Shown: piece after piece, positions 33,922-43,863 of the stretch | How positions within the stretch are numbered: the stretch's first letter is position 1 | How the letters are laid out: the number at the start of each line of letters is the position of its first letter | Virus record (IMG/VR): IMGVR_UViG_3300038673_000301 | Location: 1 to 46,461 of that record | Direction: 5' to 3' (one strand) | DNA: 46,461 bases | Source of the DNA: a virus | Taxonomy: Duplodnaviria > Caudoviricetes | Made by a program: the position numbers and the translations under genes | The notes under the pieces: generated by a model | What the model was told of the DNA's origin: nothing | The model's input: the letters and a program-made list of their open reading frames with translations, nothing else | Database searches by the model: none

Positions 33922-35275
33922 ACTTTTTAGCCAGTGTTTCCATAACTCTCTGTTCGAGTTTGTTTACATTGTCGATTAGCTTCTTTTCCACGCCCGCCGC
34001 GACCCGGTCCACTATTGCAGCGTTCTGGCCGATATATTCAGCGCCGGTCGGGGCCCGGTTGTTTACATATTCGGCCAGTTCCTGTTCTTCCTCTTCCGTT
34101 AGCGGTTCCATATCAAGCAATTCCAAAATACGCGACGGCGGCGCTATCCGGTTGTTGATAAGTAGTTCAGCCTTTTTGATATTGCTGTCTGTCTTATCGA
34201 CACGCGGCGACGGTATGGAAATAAAAACTTTCCAGCCCGGCGGGTATTGGTTGTATATAAAGAACCTCTGCAATATTTGTTCGAACTGTTCTTCCAGCCA
34301 ACTGTGTATAGAACTTATAACCTGTGATAAAAGTTTTTCCCTTTCTTTTTCACCGCCGGCCAGCCCGTTCTCCCCCTGTCTTGCTATAAAACCGGCCGGG
34401 CTAATATAATCTACAACCGTGTTGTATAGCGCCGATATAACTTCAAGGTTATTACTGTTATCTGTTATGTTAAGGTCTATTAGTTCCATGTTTTCGCGTA
34501 ACTGGAAAGCCGTATCTTTGCCCCAATTTTGCAAAATGGTGTTTGCATATTCCACGTCGCCAACATTGCCGTTTTGCGTGCTTGGGCCGCGCGGATTCGT
34601 AACTTTTATAAACAGTATCTTAGCGCCGACCCGGTTTACCTGTTGCATTTGGCTATTCCATGTATATTTTAACATGTCGATAATAGGTATTAGCGGCAAC
34701 ATGACCGGGTCGCCGTCTATGAAACGGCTGGACGGGTCAATTATACCGATAGCGTTTTTTATATGAATGACGCTGCCCCGGCTGTTTGTTTGCCAATACT
34801 CAACCTCGCCAGCCTTGTTTAGAACTATACCGGCCAGCCGCAACGCGTATGTTTCCGGTATTCCGGGCGGTGCGTTTACAAAACTTTCAGCCGGCAAATG
34901 TCTTAATTTTTTTATGGTTATTGCGTTCGTTTCCGGGTCGCGGTCCCACACATCGTTAAAAACCGATATGCCGTGCCATAATATATCATCATACGCCTTT
35001 TGCATGTTGGCCCATAGTCGGCACTCCGTACACATTTTGTCGATGATGTTTGCGGTTTCCGGGTCCGGGTTTCCGTCTGCATCTTCCACAATAATTGTGT
35101 ACTCTTCCGGGAATATAAGCGATTGTAGCCGGCGGCTTATCCCCTTTCCGTATATGTTCAGCCGGGCGGCCTCTACCGTTTCCGGTGTCACATCATCACT
35201 GGCATACGGCGTCCCGCCGGTCGATGCTATATATACTTCGCCAATTTCGTTATTAAGTTTTGCTTTCTCCGTCAT
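33914..35275 (-). CDS. Portal protein
   Basis: 453 aa between TerL and MuF; DILWHGISVF, KLRHLPAESF. Confidence 0.85.
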   Translation of the reverse strand: MTEKAKLNNEIGEVYIASTGGTPYASDDVTPETVEAARLNIYGKGISRRLQSLIFPEEYTIIVEDADGNPDPETANIIDKMCTECRLWANMQKAYDDILWHGISVFNDVWDRDPETNAITIKKLRHLPAESFVNAPPGIPETYALRLAGIVLNKAGEVEYWQTNSRGSVIHIKNAIGIIDPSSRFIDGDPVMLPLIPIIDMLKYTWNSQMQQVNRVGAKILFIKVTNPRGPSTQNGNVGDVEYANTILQNWGKDTAFQLRENMELIDLNITDNSNNLEVISALYNTVVDYISPAGFIARQGENGLAGGEKEREKLLSQVISSIHSWLEEQFEQILQRFFIYNQYPPGWKVFISIPSPRVDKTDSNIKKAELLINNRIAPPSRILELLDMEPLTEEEEQELAEYVNNRAPTGAEYIGQNAAIVDRVAAGVEKKLIDNVNKLEQRVMETLAKKYE

Positions 35276-36615
35276 AAAGTCGGCCTCCGGTCGTTCCTCT
35301 GTATAAACATTTGTTGGGCCATATTCTGCCGCCCGGTCGCCTGTTCGGGTGTCGGCAGCGCGCCAGCGGATTCTGATAAATTAAATAACTGTACAACATA
35401 TCTTAAAGCGTCGAGCCTGTGGAATTTTTCTTTATCTTTTATTTTTTCGGTTGGTTGTGCTTTTTCGTCTAATACCCGGCTGTATGTCCCCAATTCGTCA
35501 AACAGCCCCTTGTTATCGTCGGTATCAAAAATAAAAAGCCGGTTTTCTTTAAATAACCGCGTTACCCGGTCGATTCCGATTTCCACATCTGAGAATTTCG
35601 GCTCTTCAACACGTATCCCGGCCTGTTCCCAATCAAGCCGGAATTGCTTTTCCGACGCCGAACCGCCTATCCAACGCAAAACATAATTACTATCTGCATA
35701 CTGTTTCGCCAATCTCACATGTTCGGCCGTTGTCTTGTTTCCCTGCAACGATGACCGGTAAACATAAAACCTTCCGGCCCGTTCGTCGGCCGCTACCCAT
35801 ACAAGCGCAGTATGTATCGCGCCGGGGTCTATACCGACATATCTTGTCATACTTGCGGGTATTGATACGGGTTTTATTTTATGTACGTCGGTGTTAAAGT
35901 CGCTGTATATCATACCCGCCGGCCGCGCATATTCGCCCATATAGAACATTTTGAATTTCCAATCGGGCAGCGCGGCCTTCCTTTTTTCAAACTCCGCCGC
36001 CGGGAAATTCGGGTTTGCTGTGGATGGGAATTGTATTATCTCTATGTCCGGGTCGCCTGCTACCCATTTGTCGTATATTTCGTTTTTCATCCAACCCAAA
36101 TTATATATTGTTGTTGTTACAAGTGCCCGGCCTTCGTGGATAGACAAACGCCTCAACAACGCTTCCCACGCTTCCAGCCTGAAACTGTCTTGGCCCGCTT
36201 CGTCTATATGCACCGCCTTAATGGTCGCGCTTTCCAAACTGTCGGGGTTATCCGCACTTGCAAAATAAATGTTATATTCGGACCCGTCCACGTCCTTAAT
36301 TTTCATAGTACGTTCTGCTTTATAATACTTTCCAATCTTTTTCGTGCGCTCAAAGAATAATTGGTACTCTGGCAGAAGTTTACGCTGTTGTAGTGGATAG
36401 GACGGCGACACGGCCATATAGTCGCCCGGTCCTTTTTCTACCATTTCGTTATATAACCACACGGGCGCAATGGCGGTTTTGCCGCTCTGTGTTCCCGCAA
36501 GCGCAAAAATAAACCGCTTTTTCGTCGTTAGCGCCTTCCCCTGTCCTTCGTGTGGGTGTACATATACATTGTTATCCGGGCCAAGTTCATATAACGTCGG
36601 CTTCTTTTTCGCCAT
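35272..36615 (-). CDS. terL: Terminase large subunit
   Basis: Walker A AGTQSGKT, Walker B VHIDEAG, nuclease motifs YVGIDPG and HRLDALRY. Confidence 0.95.
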   Translation of the reverse strand: MAKKKPTLYELGPDNNVYVHPHEGQGKALTTKKRFIFALAGTQSGKTAIAPVWLYNEMVEKGPGDYMAVSPSYPLQQRKLLPEYQLFFERTKKIGKYYKAERTMKIKDVDGSEYNIYFASADNPDSLESATIKAVHIDEAGQDSFRLEAWEALLRRLSIHEGRALVTTTIYNLGWMKNEIYDKWVAGDPDIEIIQFPSTANPNFPAAEFEKRKAALPDWKFKMFYMGEYARPAGMIYSDFNTDVHKIKPVSIPASMTRYVGIDPGAIHTALVWVAADERAGRFYVYRSSLQGNKTTAEHVRLAKQYADSNYVLRWIGGSASEKQFRLDWEQAGIRVEEPKFSDVEIGIDRVTRLFKENRLFIFDTDDNKGLFDELGTYSRVLDEKAQPTEKIKDKEKFHRLDALRYVVQLFNLSESAGALPTPEQATGRQNMAQQMFIQRNDRRPTL

Positions 36616-37189
36616 CGTCGCCCCCCTGTGCGCTTGTGTCGGGCATTATGATTATAACCCGCTGTGCCGGCGCGGCGTTGGTCCGGGTGTTCTCTGTCGG
36701 TTCGTCCAATATCAGCCTTTCCAATTTCACGGCTTCCGATATTAATTTGCTAAGTGACAGCATATCGATTTCGGGCGCGTGCCCCGTCCGTTCTATTTCC
36801 TCTTTAATGTCATGCAGCCGTTTCATTCCAACTTCCTGAACATCCTGTGCAAGTTTCAAATGGCGCAGTCTGGCACGCTTTCGCATTTGTGTGTCGGCTT
36901 CCATAATTTTTTTAGTGCGCCATTCCTCTAATACTTCCGTGCGCCGGGTCCAATAATACCGCGACGACCAGTCCTGAACCGTTCGGGGTGCTTTGTGGCC
37001 CAAAATCCTCATAACATTTCGCCGGCTTCTATAATTGGGATCGTCGCGCGGAACATCGGTTCTTAAACGAATAAAAATACAGAATGCTTCGTATGCTTTC
37101 AGCGGTTCCCGTGGCAATTTCTCCCACGGGTAAAACTCATCCGGGGGTATTTCCCTAACATGCTCTTTAATTTCCTTTCGGGTCGCCAT
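36587..37189 (-). CDS. terS: Terminase small subunit
   Basis: PWEKLPREPLKAYEAFCIF..RS..WSSRYYW pattern; immediately upstream of terL. Confidence 0.75.
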   Translation of the reverse strand: MATRKEIKEHVREIPPDEFYPWEKLPREPLKAYEAFCIFIRLRTDVPRDDPNYRSRRNVMRILGHKAPRTVQDWSSRYYWTRRTEVLEEWRTKKIMEADTQMRKRARLRHLKLAQDVQEVGMKRLHDIKEEIERTGHAPEIDMLSLSKLISEAVKLERLILDEPTENTRTNAAPAQRVIIIMPDTSAQGGDDGEKEADVI

Positions 37190-37192
37190 TTA

Positions 37193-37711
37193 TTACGCCG
37201 TCCGCGTCTTAGTAACAGAAGTTCCGGTGTCCTGTAATGTGTGGCTTGCAACAATAGTTGCGCCGTCGGTGTCGTAAGTTGTCATTCCGGTTTCGGTCAC
37301 AACTTGTTTATTAAGTAGTAATGCGTGTATCTCTCTTAACATTTTTCCCACAGTTTCGCTTTCAATGTGGTTGCTGCTATTGATAACCTCGTCCAACACG
37401 CTGTCGGCGGTCGGTTCTACAATTGCAATTGTCCGGGTTTCCGGGTCCACACCGTCGGCTGATATTGTTAAACACAATTCCCCGGCAGCCGCGACCATGT
37501 TTTCTGAATTAATCGCAACTTTGTAAACACCCGGCATATACGCCGCGCTAACTTCCACAATTTGTACAAGAACTTCAGTTGCCGCACCACCATTTAAACT
37601 ATAATAAGAATCTACGTTTGTTAAGGTTCCCGTCATACGGCTTATGTGGTCGGTGCTTTGTGTAAGAACAAAATAAACATATTTTGTCGTATCACCTACA
37701 TTTATCATCAT
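37193..37711 (-). CDS. Hypothetical structural protein
   Basis: Ig-like N-terminus (VEVSAAYMPGVYKV); follows the spike gene. Confidence 0.65.
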   Translation of the reverse strand: MMINVGDTTKYVYFVLTQSTDHISRMTGTLTNVDSYYSLNGGAATEVLVQIVEVSAAYMPGVYKVAINSENMVAAAGELCLTISADGVDPETRTIAIVEPTADSVLDEVINSSNHIESETVGKMLREIHALLLNKQVVTETGMTTYDTDGATIVASHTLQDTGTSVTKTRTA

Positions 37712-37872
37712 AGTTTATTCATACCCCCGTGTAAATTTCTGTTCACTGTCATACGCTTATTAATTGGAAATTTCCGGGTACGTACCCGGACACGGGCGCC
37801 CGGCGGCAGTGTTATATCGCTTGGATAAAGGGTATCACTTGGATATAAAGTTTCGCTTGGATATAAAGTCAT
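37708..37872 (-). CDS. Micro-protein with (TLYPS[ED])x3 repeat, 54 aa
   Basis: Manual translation MTLYPSETLYPSDTLYPSDITLPPG...; GGGGGAG RBS; ATGA overlap with the next gene. Confidence 0.65.
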   Translation of the reverse strand: MTLYPSETLYPSDTLYPSDITLPPGARVRVRTRKFPINKRMTVNRNLHGGMNKL

Positions 37873-37873
37873 T

Positions 37874-39544
37874 TTAAAACTCCCCCACGTACCACGCCGG
37901 GGCGCTGCTGTATGTTATACTGATCATACTACCCGGCTGCAGCCTGAAATGACCCGATGTTAGCCCGGTTGCGGCCGGGGTTCCGCCCGTCTTTGCTATG
38001 TTTATTGCGCTTACAACACCGCCGGAAATGAATATATCCAACGGCACCCCGTAGGTATTTGTCCACGAAACACCACTGGCCGGCAATGTCGGCTGCGAAC
38101 TTAGCGGCCCAACGGGGTTATATCCTTCGTTGTCGGTTGCGTAGCTGTTAGCACCGACCAGCAAAACGGCCGCCGTTGTAAATTCTTTACATAAATTATA
38201 TGCAAATTTTGTTTTGTTAGATGTCCCGGTTTCCTGCACACAATAAGTATGGGCTGTTAATATCTTGTTCCCGATAATGGTTGTTTCGTTCGCGTTTTCG
38301 ATGTAAAACCCGGCGCCGGAGTTGTTGTGGCATATACCGCCTATAAAACTGTTCTGGTTTGCGCTTGTTAGATGCACCGCGTTTCCCGCGATGTTCTTAA
38401 CTATCAAGCCATTAAAACAGTTGCCCGAACAGTACGTGTTAAAATCGATACCAACCGGGGTTGTTACCGACACACCGCCCAAAATATACACGTTTATAAA
38501 CATGTTTCTAAAGAAACTTTCGGCCGCGTATATTCCAGCGCCTTTTGTGTACTGAACCAAAACATTTGAAAAAAGATTACTGTCGGCAGTATTTGTGAAA
38601 TTGATTCCGGCCGCGTTCGATGCGCCGTTCCCGCTGTCCTGCACAATCTTTACAAAATTGAATAGATTGTTTGAACTGCTTGTTGCCAGTATTCCTTCGT
38701 TCCATTCGTTAGTTACTGCAAGCCCGTTAAATTCGTTGCCCCCCACTGCACTAAGATAAACGCCGGGCCCGTGTATGTCGTCAATGGTCACGCTGTTAAA
38801 ACGGTTTCCTGATATTGAAACCGTAGTCGGCGACCGCAGCCTTATTCCAGCGGTGTTAAAACCGTATGAACTGTCAAATTCTCCCTGTATAAGCACGTTG
38901 TTAAAAGTGTTATAGAGTATTGCCGCGCTGCTGATAGTGTCGATTCCCGTATCTATACCATAGCGGATTGTCACGTTTAACAATTTGTTATACGGTCCGT
39001 TCAACTGCACCGCTGTATATAGCCATTCAAAAACGCAGTTTTCGACAGTGTTTCCCGTTCCCGTTTTCATACCTATTATAGTATTCGTCGAACCGTGGCT
39101 GCTAAGCGTGAAAACCGCGTTTTTGATGACAAAATTGGTAGCGGCCGACGCATCTATGCCGACGGTGCGCCCGTCCAATGTTATTTGGGCACCGTGGAAA
39201 TCTATTATACAGTTGCTCTGGCCGGTTAAATCTGCACCCAGAGCCCGGTTTCCGCCCACATAATGAATTGTTTTATATGGGTTTGCTGTCATTGCGGCCG
39301 TTAGTGCTGCAGCCAAATTGTCGTATTCGGCCGCGTCGTATGTACATAAATTATTATATCCGACCGTAACCGCCCCGGCCGCCGCGAACAGCCCGCCCGG
39401 CGTTAATCCCTGCAACAATTCAACATCGGCCCCGCCGCCGTCGCCTTCGTAACAGCCTTTTAAAGCGTCCATAATGTCGTTTAAGTTTGTGGCGTTTATC
39501 GCCGGCGCTTGGTCGTTTACCCAAACAATTTCATCCCATGTCAT
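37874..39544 (-). CDS. Right-handed beta-helix spike / polysaccharide depolymerase-like protein
   Basis: Virion-anchor-like N-terminus WVNDQAPAINATNLNDI; many PbH1-like Asn-ladder repeats; no signal peptide. Confidence 0.8.
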   Translation of the reverse strand: MTWDEIVWVNDQAPAINATNLNDIMDALKGCYEGDGGGADVELLQGLTPGGLFAAAGAVTVGYNNLCTYDAAEYDNLAAALTAAMTANPYKTIHYVGGNRALGADLTGQSNCIIDFHGAQITLDGRTVGIDASAATNFVIKNAVFTLSSHGSTNTIIGMKTGTGNTVENCVFEWLYTAVQLNGPYNKLLNVTIRYGIDTGIDTISSAAILYNTFNNVLIQGEFDSSYGFNTAGIRLRSPTTVSISGNRFNSVTIDDIHGPGVYLSAVGGNEFNGLAVTNEWNEGILATSSSNNLFNFVKIVQDSGNGASNAAGINFTNTADSNLFSNVLVQYTKGAGIYAAESFFRNMFINVYILGGVSVTTPVGIDFNTYCSGNCFNGLIVKNIAGNAVHLTSANQNSFIGGICHNNSGAGFYIENANETTIIGNKILTAHTYCVQETGTSNKTKFAYNLCKEFTTAAVLLVGANSYATDNEGYNPVGPLSSQPTLPASGVSWTNTYGVPLDIFISGGVVSAINIAKTGGTPAATGLTSGHFRLQPGSMISITYSSAPAWYVGEF

Positions 39545-42500
39545 TTATACCACGTCCGCAAATAATGAAAACTGTGTGTCCTCTGCACCGTATAGCCCGG
39601 CCCACGCCCACAAGGTCACGTTTTCGCCCGGCTGCAGTTCAGTCCCGACGGTTTGCGGCGTTGCTGTTAGCTGTATACTGTCGCCGTTCTTTATCGGGTC
39701 GTTGTCTACCCATATTTTTATAGTGCTTGTTGTGTTCCTGTCCAAATATACCACGGGGTCGCCGGCGGCTTCGCCTACATTCGTTATTTTTAGCGTCGGC
39801 TGGTAGTATGTCTGTGCGTAGTTCGGTACAAGATTAGCCCACCAAAACGCATCGAAAAATAAATAATCCAACGCTTCGCCGGTGTACCACATTTCGCCGT
39901 CCCAATACTCGAAACCAGCAAGCGGCGGTATACTGAATCCGACATCGTAATATTTTTCGTCATCGGTTGCCTGTGGTCCGGTGACAATGGTTATTAGTCC
40001 GTTGCTGTCTTTTGAAATTTCGGCGTTTATATTATCAGTATCAAAATATTCAATAGTTACATTATTGTACCTATCGTCGTTTATCTGATAAAATATCGTG
40101 CCGTTGTCACTGTCCAATAAAACTTCCTGTGTTATGGACACGTTCAACTGTCCGCTGGCCCTTGTTTCCTCGGTTGTTAAGTTCGTTTCTGTGAAAACGA
40201 TATCAATAGACGGTGTGAAATTGGACAGATTAAACGCCGTGAATTCTATTTGTGATAAGTTGCCTTCACCGTATGGAACCGGCAGCGGGTTATCAAATAA
40301 ACTGTTCCACTGTTGCGACCACGGACCGAGCCCGCGCGCCCTCATATATTTGTTGTCTGTGCTGTCGATATTAACTTCCACGCTGCTAAGATATACACTT
40401 GAGTAATTTTGCGACAGTGTAAACGGTGTGGTGTAGTTCATCGGGGCCCCGGCGTCGGTATATGTCCCGATGTAGCCCGTCAAAACCGGCTGGTATTCGC
40501 CGGCTTCCGGTTCGGGTGTTTCGCTTATTATCTGAACGTGCCATATATACTCATCATATTCGCCGCCGGCCTCTACTGCAACCATAACATTATAAAACCC
40601 GGTCGCCTGTCCGACGCCCCACGTATAACTATCCGATAAAGTTTCGTTTGTTGTTTTGCCTTCAATACCGTTATATGTCCATGTATAATTGGCTGCCGTG
40701 CTTGTTTCAGCCGTAAATGTCATCGGGTCGTCTACTATCAGGTTTATGTAGTCGTACGGGCTCGTTGCGATAATGGTCAAACTCACCGGCTCTTCTGCTG
40801 TGTATAACCACGTTATTTCGTCGTCGGCTGTCACCGCTTCGATTCCGTATACGTCCGCTTCCGTCGGTGTGAATGTATAGTTTGCAGTGAAAACGGGCGA
40901 TTCCACATAATCAATTTCTGCTACAAGTCCGTTTTTATACCAAGTTACGGTACCGTTTGCCGTTGTTTCCACCGAAAACGCGGCCGGGTACCCGACATAA
41001 CCTTCCGGCGTTGTGTCTATGGGTGTAAAATTCGCTATCATTACGGGTTCGGCGGCCTCGGCTGATATTGTCAGCAACGGCACGCGATCGGGGTTCCCGT
41101 TGTCCATTGAATAAAACCCTATGTAATTATCACTTTCAGTCCGCGCTTTTAACAAATATCCACGGTTATTATCTTCCGCAAGTTCTTTTGTAAGATTCGT
41201 AACGTCTATTAAAATATATGCGTTGCTTGCTTCCTGTTCTGCCTGTATAGTGTACGACGCATACGGATTTGTGCCCATTGGTGTATTATCAGCATCAAAC
41301 CACGTTCCGCCGGCTATGGCCCACGCCGACCCGGTTTCCCGCGAATTCCATGTAACCTCGTCCTCTTTCCAAACCCCCGAAACTTTATAAACATCTATAA
41401 TGGTGTCGTTGTTCCGGGTCGTCGGCGGGTATGGATAATACCAATATAATTTTAAATACGCCTGTCCGATGTCATCCGGTTCGTATTCGCTAAGATTAAA
41501 CCATATCAGATGGCGGTATACCGTGCTGGCGCTGGCTATTTCTCCAATGTCCAAAAAGCCCAAACTTCCGAAATTATCATCCGGGGTGCTGCTTTTTATA
41601 CGGGCGTCATATTGTATAAATATTTCCGGCTCTTCGGGTATAACCCCGCCCGGCGTCTTGCTTGCTTCTATTGTGTTACCATACCGGCCAATATTAATCC
41701 GGCCGCCGTTCGGTGCCGGTTCTAAACTGTAAGAACTGCTTGCATATCCGGCGTCGATACATGGGCTGCTTACGCTATCCAATACCCACCCGGCACCGGT
41801 CCACCGGCCCGCCGTGCTTCTTAAATGGTAATCACGGGCGCCCCAATCGCCGGACACTACCGCGCAACGTGGGTCGGCCTCAATGTTGTTTGTCATTGTA
41901 AATCCGCCGGTTCCGGTCGCGCCGTATGTAAGCCCCACGTTGTTATAAAAACAGTTGTTCTCAACTATGAAACGGTTATTAGTCCAACGGTTTTCGATAC
42001 CATAACCCCAATTCACCGGTGAACTTTCCGGCGCGGTGTTTGCACAATTCATTATAATATTATTTCGGACGTAGGTTGTAAACTGCACGGCCGTTTGTAT
42101 GCTGTCGGCTGTGCGCCCGGCCCACAAAACCGCGCCATAACCGCAATCGTCAAAAACATTATTCTCTATGCGCGTGCCCTGTGCGTTCGATACATCTATT
42201 CCGGCGTTCGAATATCCCGTATAAGGATAATGGCCCAAATATGAAAATGTGTTGTGGTGTATGTAAATATTTGTCATACGTGGCGTACTGTCGCCGGGGT
42301 TTCCGTGTCCAATCCACATCCCGGCCCCACGGTTATTATAAAATTTGTTATTATATACTTCTATTGTATTAAAATATGGGCTGCCAGCCGTGGTGTGTAT
42401 TTCCATTAACGGGCCGGTATACCCCGATGCAATGACACTATAAAAAACATTATCATGCACATAAGCGCGCTGTATCCCGTCCGATAGCCGCACCGCTGAA

Positions 42501-43216
42501 TTTGTACGCGTTCTTATAGTGTTGTCCCAAACATAAATATCAGTACAAGTTAAGAAATAAAAAACGTCGTGCCCCAACTCATAGCCGGTACAGCCGGATA
42601 CGTAAATGTGATCGCTGTTCCTGATATTCGCGCCGTCCAAGTCGCCGTATCTTAATGTTAAATCAGTTAAGTATAGATAAGAAACATCATTAAACTGCAT
42701 CAAAATGTCGGGGTGCGAACCCGTGGTGCCGCCCAAATAAGACATAGAGGGGTGCGCACCGTCTAAAGTTATTTTTGATATTGTTATGTGGTTCGCGCTG
42801 TCTACTGCATCTATAAGATTAACGCCGCCGGCGGCCTCTGCAGCCGTGGTGTATGTCAAAACTGCTGTACTGTCGCCCGTTAGCGTTATACCGGTGTTGG
42901 GGCCAACAATGTCAGCCGCCACATAATATGTGTGTGGCCCTTTTAGGTATACCGTAGTATACCCGGCCCCCTTGTTCGCGTATACATAGGCCAGCGCGTT
43001 TGTTATTACCGTGTTGTCGGTGCTGCTGCTTGCGGTTCCTGTACAAGTATACGTTGTGGTGCCGGCCGTGTCGCCCGGATTACCAACATAACCAACATAC
43101 AAAACCGGCGGCGACGCCGGACCCGCTGTAATAAAACTCGCTGTTAAAGCACCAACTGTTAAAACAATTAAAAGAGAATAGATAATTTTTGAAACGCCGT
43201 CTAATCTGTCATACAT
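39545..43216 (-). CDS. Secreted disaggregatase-like protein (beta-helix + DNRLRE repeat + Ig-like domains)
   Basis: Signal peptide; YTTVYLKGPHTY, YIHHNTF, DYHLRSTAGRW..SPCIDAG..EPAPNGGRINIGRYGNT..ASK; YDARIKSSTPD..LDIG..YRHLIWFNLSEY..LYWYYP..VTWN..GGTWFD..LLKARTESDNYIGFYS. Confidence 0.85.
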   Translation of the reverse strand: MYDRLDGVSKIIYSLLIVLTVGALTASFITAGPASPPVLYVGYVGNPGDTAGTTTYTCTGTASSSTDNTVITNALAYVYANKGAGYTTVYLKGPHTYYVAADIVGPNTGITLTGDSTAVLTYTTAAEAAGGVNLIDAVDSANHITISKITLDGAHPSMSYLGGTTGSHPDILMQFNDVSYLYLTDLTLRYGDLDGANIRNSDHIYVSGCTGYELGHDVFYFLTCTDIYVWDNTIRTRTNSAVRLSDGIQRAYVHDNVFYSVIASGYTGPLMEIHTTAGSPYFNTIEVYNNKFYNNRGAGMWIGHGNPGDSTPRMTNIYIHHNTFSYLGHYPYTGYSNAGIDVSNAQGTRIENNVFDDCGYGAVLWAGRTADSIQTAVQFTTYVRNNIIMNCANTAPESSPVNWGYGIENRWTNNRFIVENNCFYNNVGLTYGATGTGGFTMTNNIEADPRCAVVSGDWGARDYHLRSTAGRWTGAGWVLDSVSSPCIDAGYASSSYSLEPAPNGGRINIGRYGNTIEASKTPGGVIPEEPEIFIQYDARIKSSTPDDNFGSLGFLDIGEIASASTVYRHLIWFNLSEYEPDDIGQAYLKLYWYYPYPPTTRNNDTIIDVYKVSGVWKEDEVTWNSRETGSAWAIAGGTWFDADNTPMGTNPYASYTIQAEQEASNAYILIDVTNLTKELAEDNNRGYLLKARTESDNYIGFYSMDNGNPDRVPLLTISAEAAEPVMIANFTPIDTTPEGYVGYPAAFSVETTANGTVTWYKNGLVAEIDYVESPVFTANYTFTPTEADVYGIEAVTADDEITWLYTAEEPVSLTIIATSPYDYINLIVDDPMTFTAETSTAANYTWTYNGIEGKTTNETLSDSYTWGVGQATGFYNVMVAVEAGGEYDEYIWHVQIISETPEPEAGEYQPVLTGYIGTYTDAGAPMNYTTPFTLSQNYSSVYLSSVEVNIDSTDNKYMRARGLGPWSQQWNSLFDNPLPVPYGEGNLSQIEFTAFNLSNFTPSIDIVFTETNLTTEETRASGQLNVSITQEVLLDSDNGTIFYQINDDRYNNVTIEYFDTDNINAEISKDSNGLITIVTGPQATDDEKYYDVGFSIPPLAGFEYWDGEMWYTGEALDYLFFDAFWWANLVPNYAQTYYQPTLKITNVGEAAGDPVVYLDRNTTSTIKIWVDNDPIKNGDSIQLTATPQTVGTELQPGENVTLWAWAGLYGAEDTQFSLFADVV

Positions 43217-43218
43217 GA

Positions 43219-43269
43219 AACACCACTGTATAAAATTTAACGTGCTTCAAGTATATAAATTATTTGCGA
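43219..43269 (-). promoter_or_regulatory. Late-type promoter of the disaggregatase-spike-terminase operon
   Basis: TCGCAAATAATTTATATACTTG..GTTAA..TACAGTGGTGTT; twin of 31398-31447. Confidence 0.7.
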
Positions 43270-43538
43270 TATGGACAATTTGTCCATGTTTTACCCGCTT
43301 TAATAGTTTCTTCGGGAATGATAGTTTCGTTTACATTTAAAAAATTGTTGTGTTTGCAGTAATAAACCACGCCGGCCCGGTGCCGGCTGTTCCCTGCACA
43401 TTCATATATAGGCAATTGGCCCAAATCTATACAACGACAACACGGCACCAAAAACGATTCTATGGCACCGACGGGCTCATATACGGCCCGGTTTTTTGCT
43501 TCCCTGTATGTTTGTATTAGCCGGCGTGTTTCGTTCAT
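43260..43538 (-). CDS. Cys-rich hypothetical protein
   Basis: Start MNETRR; PCCRC..YYCKH..NCPY. Confidence 0.6.
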   Translation of the reverse strand: MNETRRLIQTYREAKNRAVYEPVGAIESFLVPCCRCIDLGQLPIYECAGNSRHRAGVVYYCKHNNFLNVNETIIPEETIKAGKTWTNCPYRK

Positions 43539-43573
43539 TGTGTGGCCCCTGTGAAACTGTACAACATTATAAA

Positions 43574-43861
43574 TTAAAAATCTTTCTGTGTTTGCCAAAC
43601 ATAGCCGCACACCGAACACTTCGCATAAAATGTTATTGTGTTCGGTTCGCTGGCGTGTTTGCCCGGCGGTCCGAACTTAACATGCACCGAATACTTAACC
43701 GATACGGGGTTCCGTTCCTTTTCAAGTTGCAGCAAAGCGGCTTTTATTTCGGCCAATGTCATTTCGTTTTTAGCGGCTTCAAGTTCCTTATACCGGTCGG
43801 GCCGTATACCGTCGCATATTGGACACGGCGCGTTGTTCCGGTCGTCTGTTTCTGATATCAT
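43574..43861 (-). CDS. Zinc-ribbon protein with coiled insertion
   Basis: CPIC...CSVCG; GGAGG RBS. Confidence 0.7.
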   Translation of the reverse strand: MISETDDRNNAPCPICDGIRPDRYKELEAAKNEMTLAEIKAALLQLEKERNPVSVKYSVHVKFGPPGKHASEPNTITFYAKCSVCGYVWQTQKDF

Positions 43862-43863
43862 TT

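Noticed and set aside
37817-37870. Mini-CRISPR array or iterons
   Set aside because: The 18-bp units abut without spacers and vary mostly at codon third positions, so this is a coding repeat.
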